DNA of 64,000 nt from Alphaproteobacteria bacterium (GTDB lineage Bacteria > Pseudomonadota > Alphaproteobacteria > MPNO01 > UBA830): NCBI GenBank assembly GCA_965243135.1, contig OZ251539.1:2432001-2496000 (forward strand). The letters are read 5' to 3'. Within the stretch, counting starts at the first letter, position 1. Every line of letters starts with the position of its first letter. Shown here piece after piece: positions 11,778 through 22,541 of the stretch. The notes beneath the pieces are model-generated. The model was not told the origin of the DNA, did not search any database, and was given only the letters and a program-made list of their open reading frames with translations. The position numbers and the translations under genes are program-made.

Positions 11778-12358
11778 TCGTTCACGCGCACCCGCTGAGG
11801 GACAGCCTCGCGGCGGCGCTGCGGAATGCGGTCGTAGAGGGCATCGAGACGTCCGGGCACGCGGCGGACCTGGCGGATCTGTACGCGGACGGCCTCGCCG
11901 CCGCCCTGTCCGCCGACGAACGCGCCGCCTTCGTCAAACCGGGTTATGCGCCGCCTCCCGACGTCTCGGATTACTGCGAACGTCTGCGGGCGGCCGACGG
12001 AATCGTCTTCGTCTTCCCGCAGTGGTGGCTGGGTATGCCGGCCATCCTGAAAGGCTTCGTCGACCGGGTGTTCGTGCCCGGCGTCGCATTCGACGTGAAC
12101 CGCGGCGGCAAGGGCTACGTTCCCCTTCTCGACAATCTCCGATCATTTCACGTGGTGACGACAGTCGGATCCCCGTGGTGGGTTGTGGAACTCGTCATGC
12201 GAAACCCTGTACGCCGACAGATCAGGAGCGGAATCGTCCGATTTTGCGCTCGTCGCGCCTCGTTCCGGATGCATTGCATGTACGACCTGAACAACGCGAC
12301 GCGGGAACGGTGCGAAAAATTCGTCCGCAAGGTTCGCTCCGAATTCTCCGAATTGTAG
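11750..12358 (+). CDS. NAD(P)H-dependent oxidoreductase, flavodoxin-2 family; overlaps cysS by 28 bp
   Basis: [29 protein letters not shown]; GGAGG RBS. Confidence 0.85.
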   Translation: MAQGKRKFLIVHAHPLRDSLAAALRNAVVEGIETSGHAADLADLYADGLAAALSADERAAFVKPGYAPPPDVSDYCERLRAADGIVFVFPQWWLGMPAILKGFVDRVFVPGVAFDVNRGGKGYVPLLDNLRSFHVVTTVGSPWWVVELVMRNPVRRQIRSGIVRFCARRASFRMHCMYDLNNATRERCEKFVRKVRSEFSEL

Positions 12359-12624
12359 AGGCGGCGCCCGTTGGTCCGCGGCATGAACTTCCGAACGAAG
12401 CGACTGACGGAGCCATGCGCAAAATTCTCCGGACCTTGCGCGACCGCGCAGGGCTCGAAGAATGATGGAAGCTCGCTGCCGGCATCTCGGAACTGGCCGC
12501 AAACCCGCGCGGAGACCGGAGACGAGTCGGAGGGAATCTTTACGCCGCTGGCCTTCCTGAACGCGCGCATCGCGGCGGCGGACCGCCCGCCCGGCGGACC
12601 CCGCAGAAGAACGAGGAGATCGAC

Positions 12625-13800
12625 ATGAGAGAAGCCGCCATCGTATCCACCGCCCGGACGCCGATCGGCCGCGCCTTCCGCGGCGCCTTCAACGATACCC
12701 ACGGCGCCGCGCTCGCGGGTCACGCCGTCGAACACGCAGTCAAACGATCAGGGCTGGATCCGGCCGAGATCGAAGACGTCGTCCTGGGCTGCGGCCTCCC
12801 CGAAGGCGCCACCGGCAACAATGTCGCCAGGCTCGCCGCTATACGGTCGGGACTGCCCGAAAGCTCCAGCGCCTTTACGGTCAACCGCTATTGCGCTTCG
12901 GGCCTGCAGGCGATTTCGATCGCCGCGCAGCGCGTGATCGTCGACGGCGCATCGGCCGTCGTCGCCGGCGGGGTCGAGTCGATCAGCCTCGTCCAGAATC
13001 ACCTCAATACCGAGCGCTACGAGGAAGAGGCGCTGATGGAAAGAAAGCCCGCGCTCTGGATGAGCATGCTCGAAACGGCGGAAGTAGTCGCGAACCGTTA
13101 CGGAATCGATCGCGAGGCGCAGGACGAATACGCCTGCGGGAGCCAACGGAAGACCGCGGCCGCTCAACGGTCAGGCGCGTTCTCCGACGAGATCGTTCCT
13201 CTGCAATCCACGATGACGGTCAAGAATCGCGAGACGGGCGAGATCGACCGGCAGGAGGTCTGTCTCGAAAAGGACGAAGGGAATCGCCCGGATACGACGC
13301 TCGAAGCGCTCGCCGGACTTGATCCGGTTCTGGCCGGGACGGTTACGGCGGGAAACGCCAGCCAACTGTCGGACGGCGCGTCGGCCTGCGTCGTTATGGA
13401 TGCCGCCGCGGCGCAGCGGCAAGGAATCCAGCCGCTCGGAATCGTCCGCGGCTTCGCAACCCACGGCTGCGAACCGGACGAGATGGGAATCGGTCCCGTT
13501 TTCGCCGTTCCCCGGCTGCTCGCGCGCTCGGGGATCTCGATGGAGGACATCGGATTGTGGGAACTGAACGAAGCGTTCGCGGTTCAGGTGATCTACTGCC
13601 GCGACCGCCTCGGAATTCCCGCGGATCGATTGAACGTAAACGGAGGATCGATCTCGATAGGCCACCCCTACGGCATGACGGGCGCGCGCCTCGCCGGCCA
13701 CGCCCTGATCGAAGGTCGGCGGCGCGGCGTCAGGTACGTCATCGTTACAATGTGCGTCGGAGGCGGCATGGGCGCCGCGGGTTTGTTCGAAGTCGTCTGA
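12625..13800 (+). CDS. Acetyl-CoA C-acyltransferase (thiolase)
   Basis: [29 protein letters not shown]. Confidence 0.95.
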   Translation: MREAAIVSTARTPIGRAFRGAFNDTHGAALAGHAVEHAVKRSGLDPAEIEDVVLGCGLPEGATGNNVARLAAIRSGLPESSSAFTVNRYCASGLQAISIAAQRVIVDGASAVVAGGVESISLVQNHLNTERYEEEALMERKPALWMSMLETAEVVANRYGIDREAQDEYACGSQRKTAAAQRSGAFSDEIVPLQSTMTVKNRETGEIDRQEVCLEKDEGNRPDTTLEALAGLDPVLAGTVTAGNASQLSDGASACVVMDAAAAQRQGIQPLGIVRGFATHGCEPDEMGIGPVFAVPRLLARSGISMEDIGLWELNEAFAVQVIYCRDRLGIPADRLNVNGGSISIGHPYGMTGARLAGHALIEGRRRGVRYVIVTMCVGGGMGAAGLFEVV

Positions 13801-13951
13801 CGGAACCGCGGACCGGCCTTTCGGAAAAGCCGCGGAAAACGGCTTCGGCGTTCTCCCGTTCGGGGTTGCCGAGGCGCAAGCGGCTGCGCGCGCCGGACTG
13901 CAAGCGGGACCTGTCGCCGACCCTCGTACGGGCCGTCGGCGGCTTCGGATT

Positions 13952-15739
13952 CTAACCGTGCGGATTCGAAGACTGGAACAGCGCGTCCAGTAGATCGAGC
14001 TTTTCCGTAACTTCCGGGGAAATATACCCAGGATCCACGAAACGTACGAGCTCATGCAGTTCGCTCTTCCTCATCAACATTGGATGTCCAAGAGCGCCGG
14101 CCAAGAGGCGATAAAACTCCTCGGCGAAATCGCTGAGCTTGACGTTCTCCGTCCTCGCCTCCCAGATCAATCTGGCCGCATCGCCGCCGGCCTGTTTCCA
14201 TGTCGAAAAATCGCTGTCTCTGCCATCGAAGGCGCGTTCAAGAATCAGCGAATCCAGGATTTCCTGAATCTCCTTCGCATGACTATCGAAAAGCTGCAGG
14301 TCTTCGTAATGCCCGACAGCATGACGCCGGATCGCATCGGGTGCGATGAAGTAATTCTCTATCTCGTAGCGTTTCCAGTGGACGATCTTCAGCGCCCCGA
14401 ATTCCCGATCCTGCCGCGCCTTGCCGTCGCCGTCCAGGATCGCGAGACCATGAAGTTCCGGCAACATATGGTGCAGGCCGGAGAAGTGCCTGTCCGGGGT
14501 CACGCCAAAGCCGCCTTCGACCCGCTCCAGTTCCGCTTCCCGATCCGCCTCCGGGAAATTGTCCTGCACGTAGAACGCGTTGATTCGTTCGTCCCAATTT
14601 CTCGATGCCGGGTGGTCGATTCGCTCGGCCAGCGCCCTCAGAATATCCAGATCCGTCCTTCCTTCGACGTACAGGACATATCCGCGCTGCCGAGCCTTGA
14701 CGTAATGTCCCGTGCCGAAATGCTTGAGAGCGGTGAGGATTTCCTTCTTGGCGGCCAGATCGTCCGCCTTGCCCTCGAGAAGGAGAGTGAGATTGTCATC
14801 GAGCGCTTCGTCGAGAATAACCTCCGAATGCGTAACCAATACGACCTGAGACTGGTTGCGCGCCGCGATCTCGCGCAACAATACGTAAACCTGTTTCTGT
14901 CGAAGAATCTCGAGATGAGCGTCCGGTTCGTCGATCAGCAAAACGCTTCGCGAATGCGAGTAGAGATACGCGAAGATCAAAAGCATCTGCTGAAGGCCGC
15001 GTCCGGCAAGAGACAGGTCGAAGGGATCTTTCGTGTCCGGCTGACGATAATGCAGATCGATGCTTCCCCGGAGATTTTCGGCGGGGTCTCCAAGTTCGAC
15101 CGAAAACAACCGGTTCATCAATTCCTTTATTCGTTCCCAATCCTCGGGAGCGCTCCGGAATACGAGAAGGCACAGGTTGCGGAGCACCTGAGCCGTCTGG
15201 CCCTGCCCCAGGAGCGCGTCGATGCGGCCGGGTTGAAGAACGGGCTCGTCCGTTTCGAGTCCGGACATGGGATAAAGCAATTTCACGTTCAGCTTTGCGG
15301 CCGTTTCGATTGCGCCGAAATTTTTGAGCGTCGCGTCGTCCGGCGTGCAATAAACGAGATCGTCTCCCAGGTTGCGAAAACGCATCGTTACCGGATGAAC
15401 GTCGTTGTCGTGAAGAATGCCGACGGTAATCTGCATCGCTATGTCGCGATTGCCATGCCGCACGGCCATGTTGTGCCAGAAGTGCCTGGTTCGCTGAACC
15501 GGCGCCGACAGGATGTTCAGACGATTGAGCGAAGTCGCGGTTCGCTTCTTCGGAGTCGAGTGTCCCTTGGTCGCGAACCACGTCCTGACGGCCTGCGACC
15601 AAAATGCGATCGCCTGAATTGCCGTCGTTTTTCCGCAGTTATTGGGACCGAAAAGCACCGCCGGATGATCGAGCTCGATGCGCTGCAACTCCCCGAAATT
15701 CTTGAAATTCCGGATTTCGAGATAATGCAGGAGCCTCAT
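13952..15739 (-). CDS. ABC-type (AAA_15/AAA_21) ATPase fused to a TOPRIM-like domain (OLD-like), putative defence nuclease
   Basis: EIRNFKNF, GPNNCGKTT, LLIDEPDAHL, VTHS, then YVEGRTD, LDGD, YEIENY; lower GC. Confidence 0.75.
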   Translation of the reverse strand: MRLLHYLEIRNFKNFGELQRIELDHPAVLFGPNNCGKTTAIQAIAFWSQAVRTWFATKGHSTPKKRTATSLNRLNILSAPVQRTRHFWHNMAVRHGNRDIAMQITVGILHDNDVHPVTMRFRNLGDDLVYCTPDDATLKNFGAIETAAKLNVKLLYPMSGLETDEPVLQPGRIDALLGQGQTAQVLRNLCLLVFRSAPEDWERIKELMNRLFSVELGDPAENLRGSIDLHYRQPDTKDPFDLSLAGRGLQQMLLIFAYLYSHSRSVLLIDEPDAHLEILRQKQVYVLLREIAARNQSQVVLVTHSEVILDEALDDNLTLLLEGKADDLAAKKEILTALKHFGTGHYVKARQRGYVLYVEGRTDLDILRALAERIDHPASRNWDERINAFYVQDNFPEADREAELERVEGGFGVTPDRHFSGLHHMLPELHGLAILDGDGKARQDREFGALKIVHWKRYEIENYFIAPDAIRRHAVGHYEDLQLFDSHAKEIQEILDSLILERAFDGRDSDFSTWKQAGGDAARLIWEARTENVKLSDFAEEFYRLLAGALGHPMLMRKSELHELVRFVDPGYISPEVTEKLDLLDALFQSSNPHG

Positions 15740-15947
15740 CGAGCCGTCATTCCGCGCTCTTCATGCGGTCCCTGGCCCGGTATCGGGCGAGCGAAACCGG
15801 AACTTCCCGAAAAACGGGATCCCCCGACGATCGACCTGCGATCCAGCGCGCCGCCATGCCGACGGGACGCCGGCGGAACCGTCCCGGGCGACGCCGGAAG
15901 CGGATTGCCGAACCGCCGCGCCGTTCGCGCTGGACTGGCCGTGCGTC

Positions 15948-16406
15948 TTACTTGCGCTCGATTGCGCGGCATCGAACGAGGAAAGGCCCCTCGGCGCTCC
16001 AGACGGCCTCGTTTCCGTCGTCCAGGCCCTGAAATCTGAAAAATACGATACCGCGATCGGGCTTGGATCGCGACCGGCGCGAGTTGAACACCTCGACGCG
16101 CGGCTTTATTCGCGCGCCGGGCCGGACCGGCTTGAGCCACCGAAAGTTGTCGAATCCCGGCGAAGCGAGCCCTGCCGTTTCGCGCATCACGTCGTCGAGA
16201 AACGGCGTCAGACACTTGAGCGCCGTCTGCCAACCGCTCGCGATCAGGCCTCCGTACGGCTCCGTCGCTGGAGAATCTGGATCCGTGTGCATCGGCTGCG
16301 GGTCGTATTGCCTGGCGAAAGCGACGATGCCGTCGATATCGAGCGACCACGGCTCGTATTCCCATTTGTCGCCGACGTGGAAATCCTCGAAAAAATAGCG
16401 TGGCAT
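15948..16406 (-). CDS. MaoC-family (hot-dog fold) dehydratase
   Basis: YFFEDFHVG, FARQYDPQPMHTD, GLIASGWQT, RWLKPVRPG. Confidence 0.9.
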   Translation of the reverse strand: MPRYFFEDFHVGDKWEYEPWSLDIDGIVAFARQYDPQPMHTDPDSPATEPYGGLIASGWQTALKCLTPFLDDVMRETAGLASPGFDNFRWLKPVRPGARIKPRVEVFNSRRSRSKPDRGIVFFRFQGLDDGNEAVWSAEGPFLVRCRAIERK

Positions 16407-16923
16407 GGTGCTCCCGAAAGATCCCGAAAAACATCGGGCATCCGGAACCGCCGCCCCCGCTCCGCCGATTCGGGGAAAGTTTCGGTTCCGCGGCCCGACC
16501 AGCAACATACCGAGGCTCGCGTCTCGATGCGATGGAACTTACCCCCGAGCGCGTTGCGAAGAAAGCGCTCCCGGCCCATTCGCTTCACAGCGGCTCCCGG
16601 GAGCAGCTTGCGGAAAGCCGCGGCGGCAGGGAACCATGAGCTGCTAAGCCGGACGCATGGCTTCTCTCCGGAGGAAGCGGCGCGGTCGGCGTCTGCGGAA
16701 GAACCTCCGCAGAACGGCGCGGCGGTCCTGACGAAGTTTCGGGCCGACCGTTGGTTGCGGAAACCCGAGGGGTTTTCCGCGCCGGATCTGGACGGTCCTC
16801 GTCGCGACGACGCCTTTCGGCCGGAGTTCCGCCGGTTGGTCGGAAAGCCGGACGGCGCGTTCGTCCGGTCGCCGGATTTCTGCCAATATGGTCGAGACCG
16901 ACAATCGTTCGAGAGGTCTCCGG

Positions 16924-18450
16924 ATGACCGCCAAATCGCCCACTCGGAAGCAGGTAGCGCAGGCCGCGGACGCTTTGGGGCTGTCTCTGGATCCGTCCGA
17001 TCTGGAAGAATTCACCGAAATGATTCGCGGAACCGTGGAAACCTACTATCGGCCGCTCGATCGGCTGCCGGACAATCTGCCGCCGGTGAAATATCCGCGA
17101 ACGCCGGGTTACTTTCCGGGCGACGACGAAGACCCTCTGCGCGCCTGGTACGTCAAATCGACCATCCAGGGCCGTAAACGCGGCAAGCTGAGCGGCAAGA
17201 CGGTGGCGGTAAAGGACAACATCTGCGTCGCCGGCCTGCCGATGATGAACGGCGCTTCGGTGCTGGACGGCTACGTGCCCGAGATCGACGCCACCGTGGT
17301 GACCCGCACGCTTGACGCGGGCGGGACGATTCTCGGCAAGGCGCACTGCGAGTATTTCTGCTACTCCGGCGGCAGCCACACCAACGCCGCGAAGACCACG
17401 CCCAACCCGTTGAACCCGGAATATACGACGGGCGGGTCGTCGTCCGGTTGCGCCGCGCTGCTGGCGGCGGGAGAGGTCGATCTCGCCATCGGCAGCGATC
17501 AGGGCGGCTCGATCCGGGAACCCGCCTCCTTCTGCGGCCTTGTCGGCATGAAACCGACTTGGGGCCTGGTGCCCTATACCGGCGCCGCCTCGATCGAGAT
17601 GACCCTGGACCATCTCGGACCGATGAGCCGAACCGTCGCCGACAACGCGCTGTATCTTGAGGCGCTCGCGGGCGCGGACGGGCTTGACCCGCGCCAGTAC
17701 GCGCCTCGCGCCGAGCCTTACACGAAGGCTCTCGACCGGCCCGTCGACGGTTTGCGCATCGGCGTCATGCGGGAAGGGTTCGGGTTCGCCCATAGCGAGG
17801 CGGATGTCGACGAGGCCGTGCGCTCCGCGGCCGGCGCCTTCGCGCGGTTGGGAGCGACGGTCACGGAAATTTCGGTTCCGACCCATCGCGAGCTCGGAAT
17901 GCCGGTTTGGGTGCCGATCGCCGTCGAGGGCGCCTACGAACAGATTCTCAAGGGTTTGGGAAACGGCCATAACTGGAAAGGCGCCTACATTCCCAGCTTG
18001 CTGGAACGGCTGAACGGTTGGCGATCGAAGTCCCACATGTTCTCGGAGATATTCAAGCTGGGGATGCTTTGCGCGGAACATATGCGCACGGCGCATTACG
18101 GCCGCTATTACGCCAAGGCGCAGAATCTGAGTCGCTTGCTGCGCGCCTCCTACGATGCGGCGCTGGAGGAGGTGGACGTCCTGTTGGCACCGACCTCTCC
18201 GATCAAGGGATCCAGACTGCCGCCCGAAAATCCGACCCGCGAGGAGGACATGTCGCCTTACTTCGATCCGATCACGAATACGGCGCCCGTCGACTGCACC
18301 GGTCACCCGTCGATCAGCATCCCGTGCGCGATGCGCGACGGCCTCCCCGTCGGCATGATGTTGACCGGACGGCATTTCGACGAAATGACGCTCTATCGCG
18401 CCGCCCACGCCTTCGAACGGACCGTCGACTGGAAATCGCGCCAGTCATAG
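16924..18450 (+). CDS. Amidase-signature family amidase
   Basis: AVKDN, GGSSSG, GSDQGGSIREPA, GMKPTWGLVP. Confidence 0.92.
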   Translation: MTAKSPTRKQVAQAADALGLSLDPSDLEEFTEMIRGTVETYYRPLDRLPDNLPPVKYPRTPGYFPGDDEDPLRAWYVKSTIQGRKRGKLSGKTVAVKDNICVAGLPMMNGASVLDGYVPEIDATVVTRTLDAGGTILGKAHCEYFCYSGGSHTNAAKTTPNPLNPEYTTGGSSSGCAALLAAGEVDLAIGSDQGGSIREPASFCGLVGMKPTWGLVPYTGAASIEMTLDHLGPMSRTVADNALYLEALAGADGLDPRQYAPRAEPYTKALDRPVDGLRIGVMREGFGFAHSEADVDEAVRSAAGAFARLGATVTEISVPTHRELGMPVWVPIAVEGAYEQILKGLGNGHNWKGAYIPSLLERLNGWRSKSHMFSEIFKLGMLCAEHMRTAHYGRYYAKAQNLSRLLRASYDAALEEVDVLLAPTSPIKGSRLPPENPTREEDMSPYFDPITNTAPVDCTGHPSISIPCAMRDGLPVGMMLTGRHFDEMTLYRAAHAFERTVDWKSRQS

Positions 18451-19020
18451 CGAATGGGCTTCCTGCCGACGAGCGTAGCGAAACTTCGCCCGTCCTGAAT
18501 CCCCTGCTTGCTCCAAAGCGAGATGTCGCGGGCCGGCAACCCGCCGATCGACGGCGCCGGGAAGTTTATTGCCCGCGTCGCGAGGTCCGCCGGACGGCTG
18601 ACGCGCCAACCGGAAAGCGGCAGCGGCGCCGCCTCGGCCGAATTTTCCGGCGCGGCCGGCCCCCTCGACGAACGGACGCGCCCGTCGGCAGGCGCGAAAA
18701 CGGGTGGATGCCGGACGAATGACTGCGACGCCGAAAACTCTTTATCCTCGGTCGACTCCGGGAGCTTCGCGCCCCGGCCCGCGCTGCCGACGGACGGGAA
18801 GAGGCGGCGGCGGAGCGCGGAGACGGCCGAGGGCCGAGCGGCAAGCGCATTCGCTTCAGGCAGGCAACGTTCGCGGCGCAACCGACTGCCCGCGGCCGGC
18901 GATCGCCTCCCTGAGAGAAACCGGCGGCTGCGACGGGTCGCCCGCGCGGCGCGTATGTCGCAACGCCCGTTGCTGGTATGCTTTCGTCGGTGGTTCACCG
19001 TAAGCAAAGGGGAGGAAACG

Positions 19021-20541
19021 ATGTTTGGACGCAGTTGGATTATCGGCGCCGCGGCCGCGGCCGCCGCGGCCGTCTTGGCACCGCCGGTCTCGCAGGCCGA
19101 GGCCGCGAAGGATAGCGTTGTGATCGCTTGGCCGGTCGATCCTCAGACCTGGGATCCGAACCGGCGAACGAATCCCGCCTTGCAGTCGCTTTTCAAGATG
19201 GTCTACGACCAGTTGATCATGCAGGCTCCGGACATGAGCCTTCAGCCGTCGCTGGCGACGAAGTGGTCGCAGTCCGCCGACGGCAAGACGGTCACGCTGG
19301 ACATCCGGGACGACGCTTACTGGCACGACGGCGCCAAGGTGACCTCGGCCGACATCAGGTACACTTTCCTCGAGCGCGGCAAGGCCGGCCACAAGATCGA
19401 CCTCGCCCGGATCTGGCGGAACCTCGAGGACGTCGAAACGCCGACCGCCACCCGCGCGATCTTCAAGCTGAAATCCCCGATGCCGACCGCGATCCCGTGG
19501 TTCGCGTTCCTGGCCAACTTCGTGGTGCCGAAGCATCACGTATCCAAGGTCGGCGCCGACGGCTTCGCCAGCGAACCGCTGGGAAGCGGACCCTACAAGG
19601 TGGTGGATTATCAGCGGAACTCGCGCATCGTGCTGGAAGCCTTCGACAAGTACTGGGGCCCGAAACCGAAGATCCGCAAGGTGACGGTATTGATCGTCAA
19701 GGATTCGTCGGCCCGCGTGGCCGCGATCCAGTCGGGCCGGGTCGATTTCGCGCCGGACGTGCCGATCCGCGAGGTGGACCGGCTGAACCGTTCGGCGGGC
19801 ATGAGCGGCCGGATCTTCCCGATCTCGCGCGTGATCCTGCTGCAGATTCGCAGCGACCGCGCCTTCTCCGACCGGAACGTCCGGCTGGCCGCGCATCACG
19901 CGATCGACAAGAAAGCGATCTCCCAGGCGCTCTATGCCGGAAAGGCGGTGCCGTTGTCGATTGTCGCTCCGCCGGGAACGCCGGGGTACGTGAAGGATTA
20001 CGAATTCGCCTACGACCCCGACGAAGCGAAGGCGCTGCTCGCCAAGTCCGGCTTCGGTCCGGAGACGCCGGTGAAGATCGGCATGGCGAGTTTCAACGGA
20101 GTCTTCCCCGGCGACTACGATATCGCGCGCGCTATCGTGTCCATGTGGAAGAAGGTCGGCATTCAGGCCGCCCTTCAGGTTATCGAGCAGCCTAAATATT
20201 TCGAACTCAACCGCGGCAACAAGCTGCCGGAGGCGACACTCTACAGCTGGGACAACGCCGTCGGGGATCCGGAAATGTTCACCGGCTATCTCATGCATCC
20301 GAAGTTGCCGTTCTCCGCCTGGAAAGACATGGACGTCGGCGGGCGCGTGATGAAGCTGTTCGATGTCGTCGACTACGACAAGCGGATCGCCGGCTACAAG
20401 GAGGTGGCCGTCTACGCTTCCCAACAGGGCGCCGCCATACCGTTGCTGCAGTCCGTGACCACGTGGGTGCACAAGAACGACCTGCAGGTCGTGCAATACG
20501 ACAACGGCTGGGTGCTGCCTCATAAGTGGTCCTGGAAGTAG
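19021..20541 (+). CDS. ABC transporter substrate-binding protein, family 5 (DppA/OppA-like)
   Basis: Signal peptide, PSLATKW, GSGPYK, VRLAAHHAIDK; GGAGG RBS. Confidence 0.9.
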   Translation: MFGRSWIIGAAAAAAAAVLAPPVSQAEAAKDSVVIAWPVDPQTWDPNRRTNPALQSLFKMVYDQLIMQAPDMSLQPSLATKWSQSADGKTVTLDIRDDAYWHDGAKVTSADIRYTFLERGKAGHKIDLARIWRNLEDVETPTATRAIFKLKSPMPTAIPWFAFLANFVVPKHHVSKVGADGFASEPLGSGPYKVVDYQRNSRIVLEAFDKYWGPKPKIRKVTVLIVKDSSARVAAIQSGRVDFAPDVPIREVDRLNRSAGMSGRIFPISRVILLQIRSDRAFSDRNVRLAAHHAIDKKAISQALYAGKAVPLSIVAPPGTPGYVKDYEFAYDPDEAKALLAKSGFGPETPVKIGMASFNGVFPGDYDIARAIVSMWKKVGIQAALQVIEQPKYFELNRGNKLPEATLYSWDNAVGDPEMFTGYLMHPKLPFSAWKDMDVGGRVMKLFDVVDYDKRIAGYKEVAVYASQQGAAIPLLQSVTTWVHKNDLQVVQYDNGWVLPHKWSWK

Positions 20542-20645
20542 GTTGCGATGCGCCGGCGACGCGCGGCCCGTGAGGGCGGCTCGTTGCCGGCCTTCGACCC
20601 CGCCGCCGACCGCGCGCGCCGGGTCGCCGGCGCGGCGGCGGGGTA

Positions 20646-21665
20646 ATGAGTAGCGAAATCCTCGGGATCGTTTTGCGCCGGATCGCGATCGCGGTCCCGC
20701 TGATGCTGCTCGTTTCCGCGCTCGTTTTCGTCGTGCTTCGGCTGATTCCGGCCGATCCGGTGTCGATGGCCGTCCCGCCCAACGCCACGACGGCCGATAT
20801 CGAGGCCATGCGCCGCGAAATGGGGCTTCACCTCCCGGTAACTCACCAATACGCCATCTGGCTCGACCGGATCCTGCAGGGCGATATGGGAGAGTCCATC
20901 GCTTTCGGACAACCGGTATCCAGACTGATCGGCCAGTCGCTTCCGGCGACGATCGAGCTGGCGGTCTTCGGCGCGCTGTTCGCCGCCTTGATCGGCCTGC
21001 CGGGCGGCGTGCTCCTGTTCCGGCTGCGCGGCCGCCCGGCGGAACCGGCGGTCGACGTCGGCAGCACTCTAATGATGTCGATTCCGGAATTCCTGTGGGC
21101 GCTGTTCCTGATCCTCGCCTTCGGGGTCGCGCTGAACCTGTTGCCTTTCGCCGGCCGGCTGCCGCCGGACATGACGATTCCCCGGACCACCGGTTTTCTT
21201 CTGCTCGACTGCCTTGCGGCCGGCGACCCCGCCGCCTTTCTGGAAGCCGTCAGGCACATGCTGCTGCCGGCCCTCTCCCTGGCGCTGGGCACCGTGCCGC
21301 TCATCATGCGCGTCCTGCGGTCGAGCCTGCTCGACGTGATCGGCGAGGATTACGTGACGATGGCGCGACTGCGCGGCGTGCCGGAACGCCGGGTGGTCAA
21401 CCGGCACGCCCTGCGCAACGCCTTGCTGCCTACCTTGTCGCTGATGGGCGTCCAGTTCGGTTTCTTGTTCGGCGGGACGCTGCTGGTCGAAGTGATCTAC
21501 TCCTATCCCGGTCTCGGAAACATGTTGGTGGAGGCGGTTCGCAACGCCGATCTGCCCATCATTCAGGGAGCCGCGCTGATATTCGCGCTCGCCGTGCTCG
21601 CCATAAACCTGATCGTCGACGTGATCTATATCGTCGTCAACCCCAAGCTGCGGAGCGCGCGGTGA
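20646..21665 (+). CDS. ABC permease (DppB-like)
   Basis: LQGDMGES, EDYVTMARLRG, HALRNALLP. Confidence 0.92.
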   Translation: MSSEILGIVLRRIAIAVPLMLLVSALVFVVLRLIPADPVSMAVPPNATTADIEAMRREMGLHLPVTHQYAIWLDRILQGDMGESIAFGQPVSRLIGQSLPATIELAVFGALFAALIGLPGGVLLFRLRGRPAEPAVDVGSTLMMSIPEFLWALFLILAFGVALNLLPFAGRLPPDMTIPRTTGFLLLDCLAAGDPAAFLEAVRHMLLPALSLALGTVPLIMRVLRSSLLDVIGEDYVTMARLRGVPERRVVNRHALRNALLPTLSLMGVQFGFLFGGTLLVEVIYSYPGLGNMLVEAVRNADLPIIQGAALIFALAVLAINLIVDVIYIVVNPKLRSAR

Positions 21666-22531
21666 GCGCGGCGGCGACGGACGCGGGCGCCCTGCGGCGC
21701 ATGCTCCGTTCCGGGCGCGTCGTCGGCGGCGGAGCGATCCTCGTCGCGTTGTCTCTCTGCGCCGCGGCGGCGCCGCTGATCGCGCCGTTCGATCCCAACG
21801 AACAGAATCTGCTGATCGCGCTAAAAGGGCCCATATGGACCGACACGGCGGTCGAAAACCATTGGTTGGGCACCGACAGCCTCGGCCGCGACACGCTGTC
21901 CCGGCTGATCTACGGCGCGCGGGTCGCCCTGTTCGTCGCCGTCTGCGCCTCGGTCGGCACGATGTTGATCGGCACGGCCCTCGCCCTGCTGGCCGGCTAT
22001 TTCGGCGGAATCGTGGACTGGACGATCTCGCGCGCAGTGGACCTGTGGATGTCTTTTCCGCCGGTCGTGCTGTCGCTGATCCTGATCGTCGGCTTCGGCG
22101 TCGGCATCGGCAACGTCATCCTTGCGATCGTCCTGGTGGACTGGACCCGATTTTGCCGCGTGGTGCGCAGCGAAGTTCTGGTGATCCGGCGGCGGGACTA
22201 CGTGGATGCCGCTTTGCTGTCGGGATTTTCCCATTCGCGCGCGATCTTGCGGGAAATCCTGCCGGCCGCCGCGCCCCTGATCATCACGTTGATGAGTTTG
22301 GAAATGGGCATCGCGGTAATCGTCGAAGCGATTCTCAGCTTCGTCGGCATGAGCGTCGAGGCCGGGATTCCCGCATGGGGGGTGATGATCGCCGATGCCC
22401 GCAACTACATGTATCAATCCGCTTGGGGACTTGTGCTGCCGATCGTCGCCATCGTGCTGACCGTGCTGGGGTTCAATCTGCTGGGCGATGGCCTGCGCCG
22501 GACGCTGGACGCCCGGCTGCAGCAGCATTGA
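21662..22531 (+). CDS. ABC permease (DppC-like)
   Basis: HWLGTDSLGRDTLSRLIYGAR, DYVDAA, FNLLGDGLR; GTGA overlap. Confidence 0.92.
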   Translation: MSAAATDAGALRRMLRSGRVVGGGAILVALSLCAAAAPLIAPFDPNEQNLLIALKGPIWTDTAVENHWLGTDSLGRDTLSRLIYGARVALFVAVCASVGTMLIGTALALLAGYFGGIVDWTISRAVDLWMSFPPVVLSLILIVGFGVGIGNVILAIVLVDWTRFCRVVRSEVLVIRRRDYVDAALLSGFSHSRAILREILPAAAPLIITLMSLEMGIAVIVEAILSFVGMSVEAGIPAWGVMIADARNYMYQSAWGLVLPIVAIVLTVLGFNLLGDGLRRTLDARLQQH

Positions 22532-22541
22532 GCGCTTCGCC

